The notes under the pieces are model-generated. The model had not been told where the DNA came from. It made no database searches and saw only the letters and a list, made by a program, of their open reading frames with translations. This document shows, piece after piece, positions 12,029 through 26,024 of a DNA stretch of 64,000 nucleotides (position 1 is its first letter; the number at the start of each line of letters is the position of its first letter). The position numbers and the translations under genes were made by a program. The stretch comes from Carcharhinus longimanus (lineage: Eukaryota): the NCBI GenBank assembly GCA_030264375.1, contig JASCQW010000043.1, positions 70,274,960 through 70,338,959 of the forward strand. The letters run 5' to 3'.

Positions 12029-14394
12029 GATGCATTTCTCGATATAGAATATACGTACGTCATATTTGAGCAGTTCAGAAAGGTGAGAAAAATTACTTTG
12101 TAAATTCCCTTCATAATTAAAACTTGTCAAGCTAAGTGACTTTCCAGAAGTTCAAATGTGCAGCTCAGACTAACCCTAAAATTACAGCTTTGTAACCTGC
12201 CACTTTCAGTTGACTTCAATTTGGTCTAATGGTAATGCTTTAATTACTTGCTTCAGGATTTGTATCTGCTAACAGCATCAGCACTATTGTACATTCTTTT
12301 TAAAAATATATGACGTAATGTTTACAAAGGATACAACATGAACTACAGGATAAACACACATGCACACCAAGCATCACCTCAAAACTAAACCAAGCACACA
12401 AAGGTACCAACCCTTGATGGGCTATGCTTCTACAAGCTCTGCAGAGTCCAATGTTGTTGAACTTCCACCTGCCCACAACTTGCTGTCAGGCAGTGCCAAC
12501 ACACACACATTTCACAGCTATCACAACATCATCTCCAAACAGTGAGAAAGCAAATGGTGAATGAATATCTGAAGCATGACAATTGCACCAGCACAGTCAT
12601 TAAGCTCTCCAGACGTAAACCCATGGACATCAAGTGCTTTGTTAAGTGTAGTCACCTAAATGTGTGTCAGGTCCATGCAGCTCAAGCTTCATGGGTCATT
12701 TGAAATTTAATTAAATACACTTAAGCAAATTTACCCATAATCAAAGATGGCAAATCAAATTTCAAGCTCAAAGGAGATTTGGTCACAAAAAAAAATCAAG
12801 TGGTTGTTTGTGTGAATTCAGGAAAAGTGCAGTCCTTAACAGATTTTATGTAGTGTACTAGACTGAGCAGTTTCCTATCAATATTTGCCATGATAGGAAG
12901 CCAATAAGAAATCACCGAAGCAGCATTTAGAAAGTTCAGGTCATCGTGTGCAATAATTCCCATTTAATTTCATGAGGTACAAAAGGAATGGTGTAAATAT
13001 GATTCCTGTACAACTTCACTACAATAATGAGCACTTCAGGTAGATGTCTGAATGTAATGATATACAAAGAAAAAAAACAACTGTTTGGTGTAATTTTTGC
13101 AGTTAAAATACTTGTCAATTTTGACTACTAATCTATTAACAAAGCAAGGAGTAACCATCATACACACTCTCTCTCCTGCAGAGAAAATATACAAATAATT
13201 CTTCTTTCATGAGCTTTCACAGGAGGTTAATGAGACTGTGCTGCCACCACTGGACCATGTTAAAAGATCCATTATACTGAACTTTATTTTATTTTGGACT
13301 GCAGATTGACAGTATGGTCACAAACAATGGAATTTTCCCATCAATAGCAGGTAGAGATTTTTGAAAAAATCAGAGGAAGATAATGTCCAAGAAAACTTTC
13401 GCATGACCATGTGTGTTGTTCTAGGGTTGAGGAATCTAATCCACAATATAAATGGCATCAGCAGTCTTGGGTATTACTATTTTTCTTGAAGTATTTATGG
13501 AACATCAAATGACCACTGGATTATTCAAATGTTTTTTTTCCATGACAAAATGGCTCTCAAATTTTGTTCACAATTGTATGTCTGTAAGAGCCCTCAAGAC
13601 TACAAAATGCCTCTGATTTGCCTTAATTTATGTAATTAAATTTCATTAACCAGGTCTGTAAAGCTAACGATGAACTAATTGAACTTACAATTCAGTACAA
13701 ATATGAAAAATTTACCATCTTATTTTTGCCAGCAAGGTAAACCTTCAGGAACAGCAACATTATTTGCAGACTCAACTAAAATGCAGAAGTCATTCCAGTT
13801 AGTGGAATTACTTTGTTGATACAGCACCTTCATAACTGATGGTTAAGGAAATAGTCTGTAAACAGGAATTGAATCCGCAATTGACCCTCGTGCAACTCCA
13901 AACAATGTATTCACTTGTAAAATTTGAACAGATTTGTAAAGTTTGCATGACTGATCATGAATTTATACATTTCAAAGTATAAATTCAATGTAATAGATAT
14001 GGGAAACACCCAAAGTTTTACCCAAAGCATGGCCAAGTGAATTTTTCTTCCCAATAACCTTTTACCATTGAAAGGAGTGATGGTACATATTGGTTAACAT
14101 TTGATGCACTGCCGCAATCTAGTATAATTAAGAAAGGAAAGGAATATAAACCAAAAGGAGGGGATAGCAAATATTCATCCAATTTGTGTCACTTAAGATT
14201 CAGAGTAAACAGAGTAAATTTAAAAGAATGTGAAGAGACAGCATTAGTTATTTGATGGCAAAGAAAATTTGACAGATGTTGTAATGAAATAATTCATGTT
14301 TTACTTGCTCCCATTTGATAAATATTTTGCCTTACTACCTGGACATTTAAAAAAAAATAAAGATAGTGGAAGTGGGATATTCAGAAGTACTTAC

Positions 14395-14411
14395 TGTGCC
14401 TGGATCCCTCT
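14395..14411 (-). CDS. TLE1: 17-nt microexon, TLE1 exon 8 equivalent
   Basis: aaacag|AGAGGGATCCAGGCACA|gtaagt. With the phase-1 G from exon 7 it gives ERDPGT (mammalian TLE1 has DREPGT) and restores phase 0. Confidence 0.92.
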
Positions 14412-14462
14412 CTGTTTCCACAGTAACCACAAAATGCATAGATATGGTGGTTCAGATACAAA

Positions 14463-14534
14463 GGCAAAAAAAGAAACAAAGAAAAAAGAAAATTAGAACG
14501 CAAGCCGACAGATGCTTTCACAACAGCTTTTATT
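14463..14534 (-). terminator. Candidate intronic cleavage/polyadenylation site
   Basis: Minus-strand AATAAA at 14529-14534, a CA dinucleotide 15-16 nt downstream, then a GU-rich stretch and a ~30-nt U-rich tract. UGUA motifs lie upstream. Confidence 0.5.
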
Positions 14535-16546
14535 CATTCAATTCATTGCACATTTCTAATACATTTTCTTTTAAAAGTTCCACTTGTATTTTAACATTAT
14601 AGGTACATCAGTTCTTTGCATACAACCCCTGGCCTTGGAACCAATGACAGAATAAATTACTGTTGGGTTATTAAATTAAAATGGCAACAAGAGTTATTCA
14701 GCAAGTGCAATTCGTATTCATTAAATTAAAGGGATTCACAGCACATTGATCTTAATACAAAGTTTTTTTTATATAAAGAGAAAACTGTTCAATTTAACAG
14801 AGCAGAATGATTTAACATGACTACAGTTGCAAACCTAGCAACATCAAGTTTGTTATTTCCCTCCCCCCCCCTCCCTGTACACACTTAAATAAAACAGTAT
14901 GGATGGTTTTCTAGTGATCGCATTGTCCTTCAAACCCTTTCTGGTTATAAGTAATAGTAAAAAAATGCTGTGGGCAATAAAACGATGAAGGAAGTGTGGT
15001 AGGAATACAAGCAACTCCCACTTGCTTCTTGCTAGTGCAACAATCGACTGTACATGATTAGTTGAAGCCAGAAATATTGCAGCGTGATCCACTTAAATTC
15101 AGGCCAAATCATTTAGGCTCAAAACAGTTTTGCCTTTACAAAAATGTCTACAGTCTATATATCCCGCCCATCTCAATATCATTATGTGAAAAGGTCTTAC
15201 AATTATTGGATTGTATTTAAACTTAAACTAAGGGCGGGGGTAGGGGAAAGAGAAGAGAAAATGAGGAATGGGAATAAAGAAAGATAGAACCAAAGCTTGT
15301 TTTGTTTTCCATTTGTTTTATAGTTTAGATTAGTGGAAGTAACTAACATTATTTTTGGTCCAATGCACACAATGTGCTCTCTCACAATCTTTCCAGAATG
15401 TATTCAGTATACAATACATAAATGACATTTCAAACTATATAAAAAAAAACACCATTTACATCACTCCATTCATCACCAAGAGGATAAAAAACTTCATAAT
15501 ACAAAATTTAAAAGCCTAATCCAAAAATTCTCAATGCTATTAAGGACACAACGATTTCAGATAGCTGTAGTTTTTGATTTCTTTGTGGGGCAGAGGAACA
15601 GAAGAGAAACAATGGGAAGAAGAACATTAGCTTTCAGGTAGCTAGCTGTATTGAATATTCATTACAAAAAAGGACCAAACATGTTGCAAGGAAGGTTATA
15701 TGGTAAAACAGTGACAACATTGTTAGATACAAGTGTCTCTTTGCAATAACAATTTTAACTATTTAAGCTAATCTGCAAGTGACCTATTTAGCTTGTTTTC
15801 CTGACTACTATGGATCTAATCAGAATAGGAAAAATGTCTCAGTTCGCACATGACAGGTTTGTTCAAGAAAACTAATTTTTAAAAAATAATTTCCATATAT
15901 CTGGCATTGTACAGAACACAGAAAACACATTTGTAGCTGCTTGTCATTACATGCATTAAAATCATAGAATCCTTCTTGTGAATCAAGTAAACTTGATGGG
16001 ATCATATTGATGGGAATATTTTTGTACTAACTTTCGACTATTAAGACTGTTATCAATTAATGACTAAACTGTCTGTTAACAGACACAAACAAAAATTGAT
16101 TATTATTGACAATGCCATTGTGCGTTTCTTGAGATAGATACTTCATCTAGATTTTTTTAAAATCCCATTGATTAGATAACTGACGCCACTGTTTGTGAAA
16201 GCTGTCTTTCAAAAAAGACAAAATCATATTGCACTTCAAATTGCAAAGTTCACTTTTTGAAACAGTTTATTGGCTCTGGAAAGTTTGCATAGATATATGG
16301 TGAAAAAGATGCACTGCAATTTATTGTACTCAGGAGCATACATTTGTGCATCAGGTTGAGTAAGTTGTAGACATAAAGACACGACATATCAAGAGGAGCA
16401 AGGCAGTCTGGTAGAAGGCTTTTTTGAGAAAAGGAGCCAAAAGGCATGCAACTTATCCTGTATTCATTCTGATGAATAGTTATTCTTGAAGAGGTTTAGA
16501 ATGTCACCATCATTCTGTACCTCTACATTTCCAATATTTTTTTGGG

Positions 16547-16566
16547 GTGTGTGTGTGTGTGTGTGT
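16547..16566 (+). repeat. (GT)n microsatellite
   Basis: About 10 GT units followed by a G-rich tract. Confidence 0.9.
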
Positions 16567-17665
16567 TGGGGTGGGGGGGCGGTGGTGCAGATAAGGGAGA
16601 GAATGGTCCCAAGCTAGTATCCTTGGCTTGCTGTTTGACTTTGGTACATTAGTTGCTTTCTTTGTATTAGGTTAAATTGTTTTGCTGCTGTTAGCAAGTA
16701 TTGTGTTTGTCTACATGTTAAAATAATTGCATATCTTCCATGCAACAGGCCCAGCTGTGAGTTGCATCTGAAAGATAAGATTATTCTTGGCCCCTGCCAT
16801 TTCTGGGGCCATGGAGCTTGGGGCAATAGGGAGTGCAAAAGTGGGAAACTGATGCTTGCAATGAACAACTCCAATCAAAAACCACAAGCATGTCACTTAA
16901 GGCGAATGTTCAAAATGTTACCTGACAAGACATGTGGATTAAGACACTTGAAATTACTTCAATTTTTGTAAAGATTATCAGACAAAGGTGTCTCTGTCTC
17001 ACCCGTTTTGAATTTGTAAATTTAACAGTTAAGATAATGAGCCGGGCAAGGGAAAAGAAGAAAAAAAATAGTAGATGTCAATGCCAACAAGTATGCATCA
17101 GTGCATTTGATTCCTTGCCCCAATCATCCAAGCCAATACAATTAAAAATGAAGCTGGTGCAATAATCAGAATAATAAATCCGTTGAACAATGGATTGGCA
17201 ATTGTTGCAAAAAGTGAGNNNAAGTGAGTGACAAATTAAAAGCTAATTTAAGGTTTACCTATTCCAAGAGGAATTATTAATCAGACAAAAGGAGAACAAT
17301 GAATAATACGTTATCAGAGTAAGCAACATTGTATTATTCCCATCTAAATCATGCACCATTAATCACAGCTGCACTAATTCTCAAATGCTGTGAATGGAAG
17401 GCTTCCCCCTCCTCTTTCCAAGTGAATCAATTTTAATAAAACAGCCATGTTGTAATGATGTGGTAAAGAGGATTGATCTCTTTCTGATATTACCACTATA
17501 GCAGCTTATTTATTTGTAGACTTGGGCCTTTGTTCAATGTTGATCACTTGCCACACATTGAAAAATACTCTGGAACAACCAGCAAAGAAACTTCAGATCA
17601 ATCTACAGATAAACATTACAATTGCCACAAATGCTGTGGAATGTAACACTCTTGCTCCACATGTG

Positions 17666-17756
17666 TGAGGTTATGGGAATAGGGCCTGGGTGGGATTGTG
17701 GTCGGCGCAGATTTGATGGGCCAAATGGCCTCCTTCTGCACTGTAGGGGTTCTATG
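17666..17756 (+). mobile_element. HE1 SINE 3' tail fragment
   Basis: gggaatagggcctgggtgggattgtggtcgg...aaatggcctccttctgcactgtag matches the tail at 2200-2283. Confidence 0.75.
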
Positions 17757-18157
17757 AGATAATTATAACATTTGCTGCATTAATGCAGGATGGCACAAAT
17801 GACATCGAGAAACAAGTTTGGAATGGGACCCAAATCATCATAATCGTCCCTCCAGCTTCCCCTTAAGGGAGGAGTTGTCCAATGCTCCTACTTCAAAATG
17901 AGTTGTGCTGCAATACTGCTCATTATAATGTAGACAACCAACAAAATGGTAGCATTTGTATTATGGGTAATAATACAGCACAGGAAACCATTTTTGTAAA
18001 ATTCAGAAGATGACATTCAATTTAAATCTTTGATTAAATGAAAAACTGATTGTTTCGGCAATTGGTTAATTATGGGGGTTTTTTTTGCATCTTGTATTGA
18101 CTTTGAAACCTATAGAAAGAACCTAGCTGTGAGCAGACTGAAATTCACGATAAGTTT

Positions 18158-18183
18158 CTAATCAGGCCTGCCTTGCTTCTCAC
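18158..18183 (-). CDS. TLE1: Putative short-isoform C-terminus from intron-7 read-through (GEKQGRPD*)
   Basis: ORF 18158..18340 continues past the exon-7 donor to a TAG at 18158-18160. The peptide resembles the recalled mammalian TLE1 short-isoform (Grg1-S-type) tail GERPGKPD. Confidence 0.6.
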
Positions 18184-18388
18184 CTCTGTGGTGGTCCGAT
18201 TCATGGTGCTTCTTATCATCTTTCATAGAAAGGTGGGGCTGTCCACCCAAAACACTGGATAACGTCAAAAGACCTGCACTGTTACCAAGCGAGGGGATTG
18301 ATGGAGGCTGAAGTCCTGAAGGGTGAGGAGTGAGAGGCACTGGAGGTCCATGGCCATGAGACAGATGTTGAGCCTGAAGTTGCTGTTG
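18184..18388 (-). CDS. TLE1: TLE exon 7 equivalent (GP domain)
   Basis: ggacag|CAACAGCAA...CACCACAGAG|gtgaga, 205 nt, translating to [68 protein letters not shown] plus 1 nt. [18 protein letters not shown] and KDDKKHH are TLE1-like rather than TLE3- or TLE4-like. Confidence 0.96.
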
Positions 18389-21300
18389 CTGTCCATATTA
18401 AAGGTCACCATAATTTACCAGCAAAATAAGAAACAGGGAGAGAAGACAACAAAATATAGTTATTTCAGCAAGAAGTTCTCTGTGCAAAGTTCAGCAACAA
18501 ATATAAAGTAAACTTTTCACTTAAGAAGAATTAACACAGCAGTTACAAAATACTATTGCTCAATTTCCTCACCTATAACGGATTAACATTCACATGTTAA
18601 CAGTGACAGATTTGCGGTCTTGACTGGATGCAATCACACGCTGCCAGTAATGAAGTCACAAAGTTTGATACAAAGTTTGCTTTCGGCTTTTTAGTCTACT
18701 TTGAAATATTATAAGTTTTATTTGAGCAGTTGCGAAGTCCGACATTTAATATTCAGACTTGAATTTTGACTCTTATCCATTCCAAAAGCTCCACTTGGAC
18801 TACAGCTGCATTAGGGTTATTCTAGAGCAAGAAAATACGAACTGAGGCTTCAATCTTTGTGCAGATGGAGATGCTCGCTGCAAAAATGTCGGCAGCGGTC
18901 TGATCAGAGGCCGTGCTCCCACATTCAACGTCCGAATTTTCACAGGGGGAATTGGGGCAGTCTCTGAACACATTCCTGGTTCATGTATGCAGCAGCCCAT
19001 AATAATCAGCAGCTGCTCCCACCCATGTGATTAGGTATCCAAAACTGGAAATATGCAGAATACACACCAAGCAAGAGCAGGTCTTTATCCTTGTGAATTT
19101 GCTTGCATACCAGGTACCCTTTTGATGAGGTATGGTAGCACTTTGGATACAAATCAAGAACACTTAGATTTAAGACATCCTTTGGGATTGTTAAAAGTAA
19201 TAATGATGTATTAAAATGCATAAATTCATTGGAACTGTCCAAGCTATCAACAAACTCTCAAAGCTCATTGAAATTTGTCAAAGCTGTCAAGGGAGTCTGC
19301 GAGGCTTTATTTGTATATTTTCTTAAAAAGATGTGGAGTTCTAAAAAAAAAAATCAGTGCTTGATATTTCACTGTCTGTTAATATATGCTGGAAGGTTAT
19401 TATATGATTTGTGCTACATGACTAATTTAACAACCTAGCATTATCACAGTATGGTGCCTTTTAAGTAAGCAGTTTGATTTAGACAACCCCAAGTGATTAT
19501 AGAATAAAAATATTTGTTTTCGTAAGAGATTAGTCAAAGCAATTTCAATGTGCTTTTTTTAAATGAGGTTTTAAAATAGCGACATCAATAGGCACATTAT
19601 TTTATGTCAGCATGATTCCTGAGTTTTGCCTATGGTGAATATTAAATGAATTGGCATGGAGGGAGAAAGACAAAGGGTAGCATACTTAGAGGCATGGTGT
19701 GGCACAAAGTTGGCATAGGAGATACAAGGAGTACGGGGATTTTCAGGTCATGAGGTGGAATGGAGAATGTGCGAGGGCTGGTTTTATTTGGTTCATTTTT
19801 TAATGCATTTAAAGTGCTTGACACGAGGCAGCTTTCTGCCAAGCCTGCATCCGCAGCCAGCAGCTACCAAATTTGTTCTGACTTCTAGTCAAGACCGTCT
19901 CTCCGGAATGAAAATTCAAACTATCGGACTTCTTTTTTCCCCAGTGTTGGGTTGGTCCACGCTCGACATGTTTGGTCTCTGTGCTCCCGAATGGAGGGGG
20001 ACAATCTGGGCCCTAATGTTAATGATTTTATTTAAATTGCACAAATGAATTAAAAAGTTCCTACACAGATTTTTATGTTGGTTTGATTTCAACTTAGTTT
20101 CTGGGAGACCAGGATCTAAATAATCATCTTTATGCCAAATCTGGCTCCCTCATTAATAATCTTCATAACATTAAATCCAGCTTACTGGTGTTGATCTGCA
20201 AAAAAAAAAAGGTGGAGCCAATTTAAAAAGTAATTTGAGGGTGCAAATAAATTTGAGTTTAATACCATCTACTGCATTGCAGGGACTTGAACCCATGTCC
20301 ACAGAGCATTAGACTGGACTTCTGAATTACTAGCCCAGTGACAAGGAGGCTCTTTTAAAAGGAACCATTGGATGCAAGGACACTAACAGATATAGTTTGA
20401 ATGATTTTGTACCCCCATCTAGCTAGTTTTTGTTTGCTATTTTCAATAGTTTAGAATAATTATCACAGGTGGTTGATTTATACTGATTGCTTTTTGTGAC
20501 AACCCATTTGAGCGGTAACTGGATTTTTACCGAGTTACTATATTTTTAAAAATGACATTTTAATGCCCAGTTTTGCTGGTTTATGGTNNNNNNNNNNCAA
20601 AAGAGATGCAATTTGTACCAAAGTCATTGTTCATACCCACTGCAGAAACACTATCCCGTTACTTATAGAACACAAAACAACAGGTTGCAACATGCAATAA
20701 AATGTACAGTTTTTTCACAAAAAATATAGCTATACAAAACATAACATAGCACACAATAGTAACAGCCCATTAAACTAAAGGCATCAATGTAGACAAAATC
20801 TGCTTCCAATTTTTTTCCTCCACAGAAGTCTGTGAATCTTACTGCAATATACATGGCTTTTAAAACAAAGTTGAATGAGATCACAATATCTAAATATGAT
20901 TTCTTTAAAACTCCATACCAGAACACTGACACAGTACATTTTCTGAAGCACATTAATATAATTCATTTTGCACCCATTTTGATTGGGAATTTGAGTGATA
21001 GGCAACAAGCTTGTGCAGGGAGTGGTGGGGGGAGGGGGGGGTGTGGCAGGAGGGCAGAGATGCCAAGCTCTGTCTTGATGTCTGCATTATGGTCCACCAG
21101 GCATGCTTATTAGCACTTAATTAAAAATTGGACACTTGCCATTAGAAGCATGTTCATTGCAACCCAAGTATCAACTTTGTCCTATTACCAGTTACAACTA
21201 CTACTGCACTACTTAAGTGGTGTGTCCAATTTCTTTGGAAGAAGCGGTGATGCATGTACAGGCAGCTGACTGACAGCAATTAACAACAGGCTTTATAAAA

Positions 21301-21909
21301 ATAGCTAAAATGTGGACATATAACCCTTCAGCAGTAGAACTCAAGAAGAACAAAACTTTACATTGCAAACACCAAGTGCATTAGGCTAATTTGTCTCCCC
21401 AATTGAATTGGGGATAATAGGATTAATTCTGTCCAACCAGCATTTAGGTTACTGGAGGTGCAGAATTAAATAATGGTTCACAGTACTCAGATTTCAAATA
21501 TTCAAGACAGCTGGCAAGTTTCTATTTGAACTACCAGGCAAACAGTACAAAATAAGACCACTTGAACTTAGTACCACAGTCTGCTGAAAGCAACTGTTTG
21601 GAGGCTATTCAAATGCTTTTCATGTTTATACTGTGGAAACACTTTTGGAAAGGAAGTGGTGTTGCAGTACCCAGTCTGATCACAGGCAAAAACGGCAATT
21701 TATGCTGCTCACACAAGACACTGGGTTTGTCAGATGCCAAAAGATGCAAATCTTGATCAACTGATGGTTTGACAAAAAAAAACTTAGTGGTTGGAAGGAA
21801 CAGTTTTTAAAAAAATTAATATACCCAGGTATCAAAATATTACATACACTGCAGATTTCTGCATTAAGTGACTTTAAAATACATATTTGCCCACTTGATA
21901 CAACAAAGG

Positions 21910-22177
21910 TATGGTAGCCCAGTGACTGTGGCTCTGGACTAGCTACTCAGAGCATTTAACTTCAAATTTTGCTTTGGGAAATATACTGAATTTAGTTTTA
22001 TATCTGATAAATTATTGGTTAGTTCCAGAAAAAGACCCTCAAGCTGCTAATTGTAAAAACCCAAGTGATTCCTGAAGAAATTTGAAAAATTTGCAAAGTT
22101 GACCTGGTCCGGACTCAATGCCTTCAAGGCAACCATGAAGGAATGGGTCACACCCATGTCCTAAGAACTAAAAAAAA
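21910..22177 (+). mobile_element. Degenerate tRNA-derived SINE (same family as 57480-57830)
   Basis: ggtagcccagtgac...ctggactag head, ttgtaaaaaccc...acctggtc.gg core and A-rich tail, loosely collinear with the reverse complement of 57480-57830. A head-only copy sits at ~20255-20345 (-). Confidence 0.5.
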
Positions 22178-25100
22178 CCTAGTAAATGCACAACCCTATA
22201 CACAAAACACAATAACCAACACTTTCCTTGCTCATTTCGGGGAGGGGTAAAATGTAAAGAAAGAGAGCCTAAAATGTTATCTCAAAAAAGGTCAGGATTG
22301 CAGGAATCGGATAAGCAAAAATAAGCTAATTGAACTTGGCCATCAGGTCTAATCAAAGTCTTCCTTTTTCTTACAAATTACTAGACGATTGCAGTTGCAT
22401 CACTGACCAAGCATACAGATTAGAAAGGTAGGTAAAGGAAAATGAGAAATGAAGCAACCAGGCACTAGCAGAATCATTAGAATGCACAACTCAGAAGTCT
22501 GGGTACAATTTTTTTTGAAACAAATAGGAAATACAACTGTCCCTGCTAATCATTATACAGAAGAGAGACAAATTAATTTTGCATTATTTTGCATTATTGC
22601 ATGAGCCAGGAACCATAAAATTAAAAGAAGTTCCCAAAAGCATTTTGAGTGACTGATGTCAAAAACATGTGCTCAGTTGGTTTTAACTTACAAGATTCCA
22701 AATTTTGCAAAATTCACTGCTTTCACAATCAGCTTTTAAAAATAGACTTTTCATGGAAGTCAAATGAGCAATAACAAATCCTTCATTTAACTAGCATTCC
22801 ATCCATTCTAAAGTTAGGAATGGGAATAATTATGTTCAACCTTATTTAAAAAATTACAATGGGAAACATGAAGGGAGTAGAACATTCTAACAAGATTTCA
22901 GTGCTTGTGAATTTGTTTAATGTAATTAAGAGCAATTCACCACTGGACATCATCTATCCTCTTAAACACACTGCAAGTAGTCTTGGTGCCTTAAGTGTTC
23001 ATACGTTTTTTCTTCAAGCATTCAGCCTGCACTGAACAACCCAAATAAACAAAATAAACCAGATTTACAATCAAACTTCAGTTCCTCTTTCTCTTTTCCC
23101 TAGCTTCATTCCTTCCACACCCCCATCCCCTTAAACACCACTCACTAGCAAACCATTATGCATTGTCGATCGGGTACTTACAAAGCCAAATGTCTTTTTA
23201 AAAATATAAATGCAATTCTTGCCACAACTGCTTAGTATTGTCCTCATCACACACCCTCAGTCTGGTTATTTATGGTTCAGAAGATTGATTACTCTGCAGA
23301 ATAAACCTACAACAGGTTAACTCTGTTCTTGAATCTCATCACAATACAGATAGCAAGGTGCTATTACAACTGAGGAAAATAGGGCCAGCAAGCATGTGGG
23401 GGTGGGTGGCAGAAGGCTAGGGAAAGTACACCAACATCTATTAATCCTTCATCAAATCCAATCATGATATCTTCTTTCATGAAGAACAGGATGCCTAATT
23501 TTACCTAACAATGCTAGTTAAATTCTATTAACGTTTTTAGGGATTTGTCTGTACATTAATTGTAAAAATTGCTAATCAAGCTGCTTATCATTAGCAACAG
23601 TCACAAAATGAATGTTTAGTCTGCTAGGAGAGAGAAATGGAACCAGTCTAAAAGGAAGTGCAGTTTAGGAACTTGGATTCTCTACTAATCTAAGGAACTT
23701 TGGTCCTTCTGAAAAAAAAGCTTTGCCAGGACTTTTGCTTAACCTATTCTTAGTATGATTATCGGTGTTTTTTAGTGCATGACCCCCATTGTCCTTTACA
23801 CTAGGTCATGTCCCTTCGCAATGCAGGCAGCTGCCATAAAATGGATCAGCATTTATTTGCAGTGCAGCTGCTGTTAATACAAATAGATAGACTTCTGTTG
23901 TCTGTTTCCCCTTGGGAGACAGGTTGACACATTGCATGTTCAATGATGGAGCAAAGGTCCTGAGATTTGTCAGCCCAATTTTATGCTGTTCTGGTTCGTC
24001 AGGATACACCAGTTCCTTTTCAAGTAAAATGATGCATGTGTCAAAGCATGAATCTAATTATACTACACGGGATAATTATGAAAATGCTATCTGATTTTTG
24101 ACAGAGATATAGAACAAAGAACAGAGTGGAACAGGATTCATAAAGTTTCCGTGTTACTCAGCAGGCAATATTGGATTTTTTTTAAGGTCTTGATAATTGA
24201 GTTCAGAAGGATATTTTACTGTTTTCTGAATTAAAACCAGTTCTTCTCAAAACACACTGTTCAGAAATGGCAGAATGGATGTTTTGAGGTGTTTGTTCTT
24301 CAAAATTAGGCACAGAACTGAAAAGAATGAATTACGACTACATTTACAGCTGAGCATAAGCACAAGACTAAAAAATGATGCCAATTTATCAATCTATTGA
24401 AGTTGGTGCTAATTATTAATTTTGACTTGGGGTGGGGAAGTAAACAGATTTATGGAATGTTGTTCTTTAATATCAGTTGTTTATATCTCATCACATCAGG
24501 AAAGAAACATTATGGGAGATTTTCCCAGTTCTGTGCCTTGCACAGTGACAGTAAAATCAGGCATTGTCAGACATCCATTAATGCATAAGCAGCAACTTTC
24601 TGCAGTTAAATATTAGGAAGATAAAAGCCAACATCATCTGGCTCCTAGCAGAAACTTCATATGCTGGATATCACCTACTTCCACTCCCTGATTACCATTT
24701 CAGGCTTAATCACACTGTTTGCAACTGTGAATTCCTGTTAAAGAGTTCAGTATCTAACTTCATGACATCTCCATCACAAAGAGTGCCTACCTCCACCTCT
24801 ACTCTTCAGCTCACGCAAAAGTCGACTGTCCGTATCTTTAAAGGCACAGCATTGCTTATGAATCAGGAGTATGCAAACATAACTTATTACAAGAGTCTGT
24901 GCTTTCATGGAGGGCATAAAATCAATTTGGAACAAGCATGGGATGACACGAACATAAAAAAGACTTGTAGTTCTAATAAAACGAGACTGAAGTAGGTTAA
25001 AGGGAGGTGATGGGGATAAAGGGAAAAGAGCACAGGTGAGGAAGGAGGGTTAGAACGTAAGAGGAATGTGTGGGAAGATTTACGTTTAATGTCAGGCTCA

Positions 25101-26024
25101 ATAGTCATACATGTAAAACAGCACAAAAACTGTACTCTATAAATAATCACATGGATGCTGTTTTGGGACAAAATCATGAGAGAAAATGAAGGTCACCCTA
25201 CTAGTTTATTTCACTTAATTGCCTGCCAATAGTTTACCAGAAGCAAACTGACTGTAGATCTACAACTGAGAAACTGATGAAAGAAAACTTTTCAAGCTGT
25301 GTCCAATTCTTTTATCAGCACTAATCCACAGCTTTTATTTTTCAATCTCCAGTCGGAATGTAATTTTGAGCCCAGATGGATTAACTGGTCTCTTTGTCTA
25401 AAGATGTCATTGGTCTTTGCCAGTTAATCCTTACAACGGCATGCCTAATTATCATTACAAAGTGTCTCAGAGAACTATAAAAATCAGCAGGGCATCTTCA
25501 CACGAGCAATTAACATAAATTGATAAATGAGTAATTTGAATTTGCTAAATCCTTTCATGCGTGAAGAAAATTAAAAGAGGACAACCTCTGACAGTGGATT
25601 GTTCCAGCAAGACAGAAAACATCAAGATTTTCAACACTCATTTCTGATTGCTAATATATTGAGGGAAGGAAGAGAATGCAGAAGCATCAGTATTTGCATG
25701 GCTCATTTGACAAAAATTATGAGACTGACAGTCTGGACATGATACTTCAGTCGTAAGTATATAGAAGAGACGTAAGAAAATGACTTGGTCAAAGGCATAC
25801 TGACTGGTTAAATTTGAATGCCCATTAGAAAATACAATTGCTAAAGTTTATTGACAGATTTCCATTTAGACAGCATTCAGGACAAAATCATCTTATGTAC
25901 AAAATCCTAATACTTCACGTAATGAAGATGTAACTGTTCTTGCATACATAAAGCATATTACCCTAAAGCACCAACACACACAAATATACAATTGAAAGTA
26001 AGTGAATAAGATGGGTATACACAC

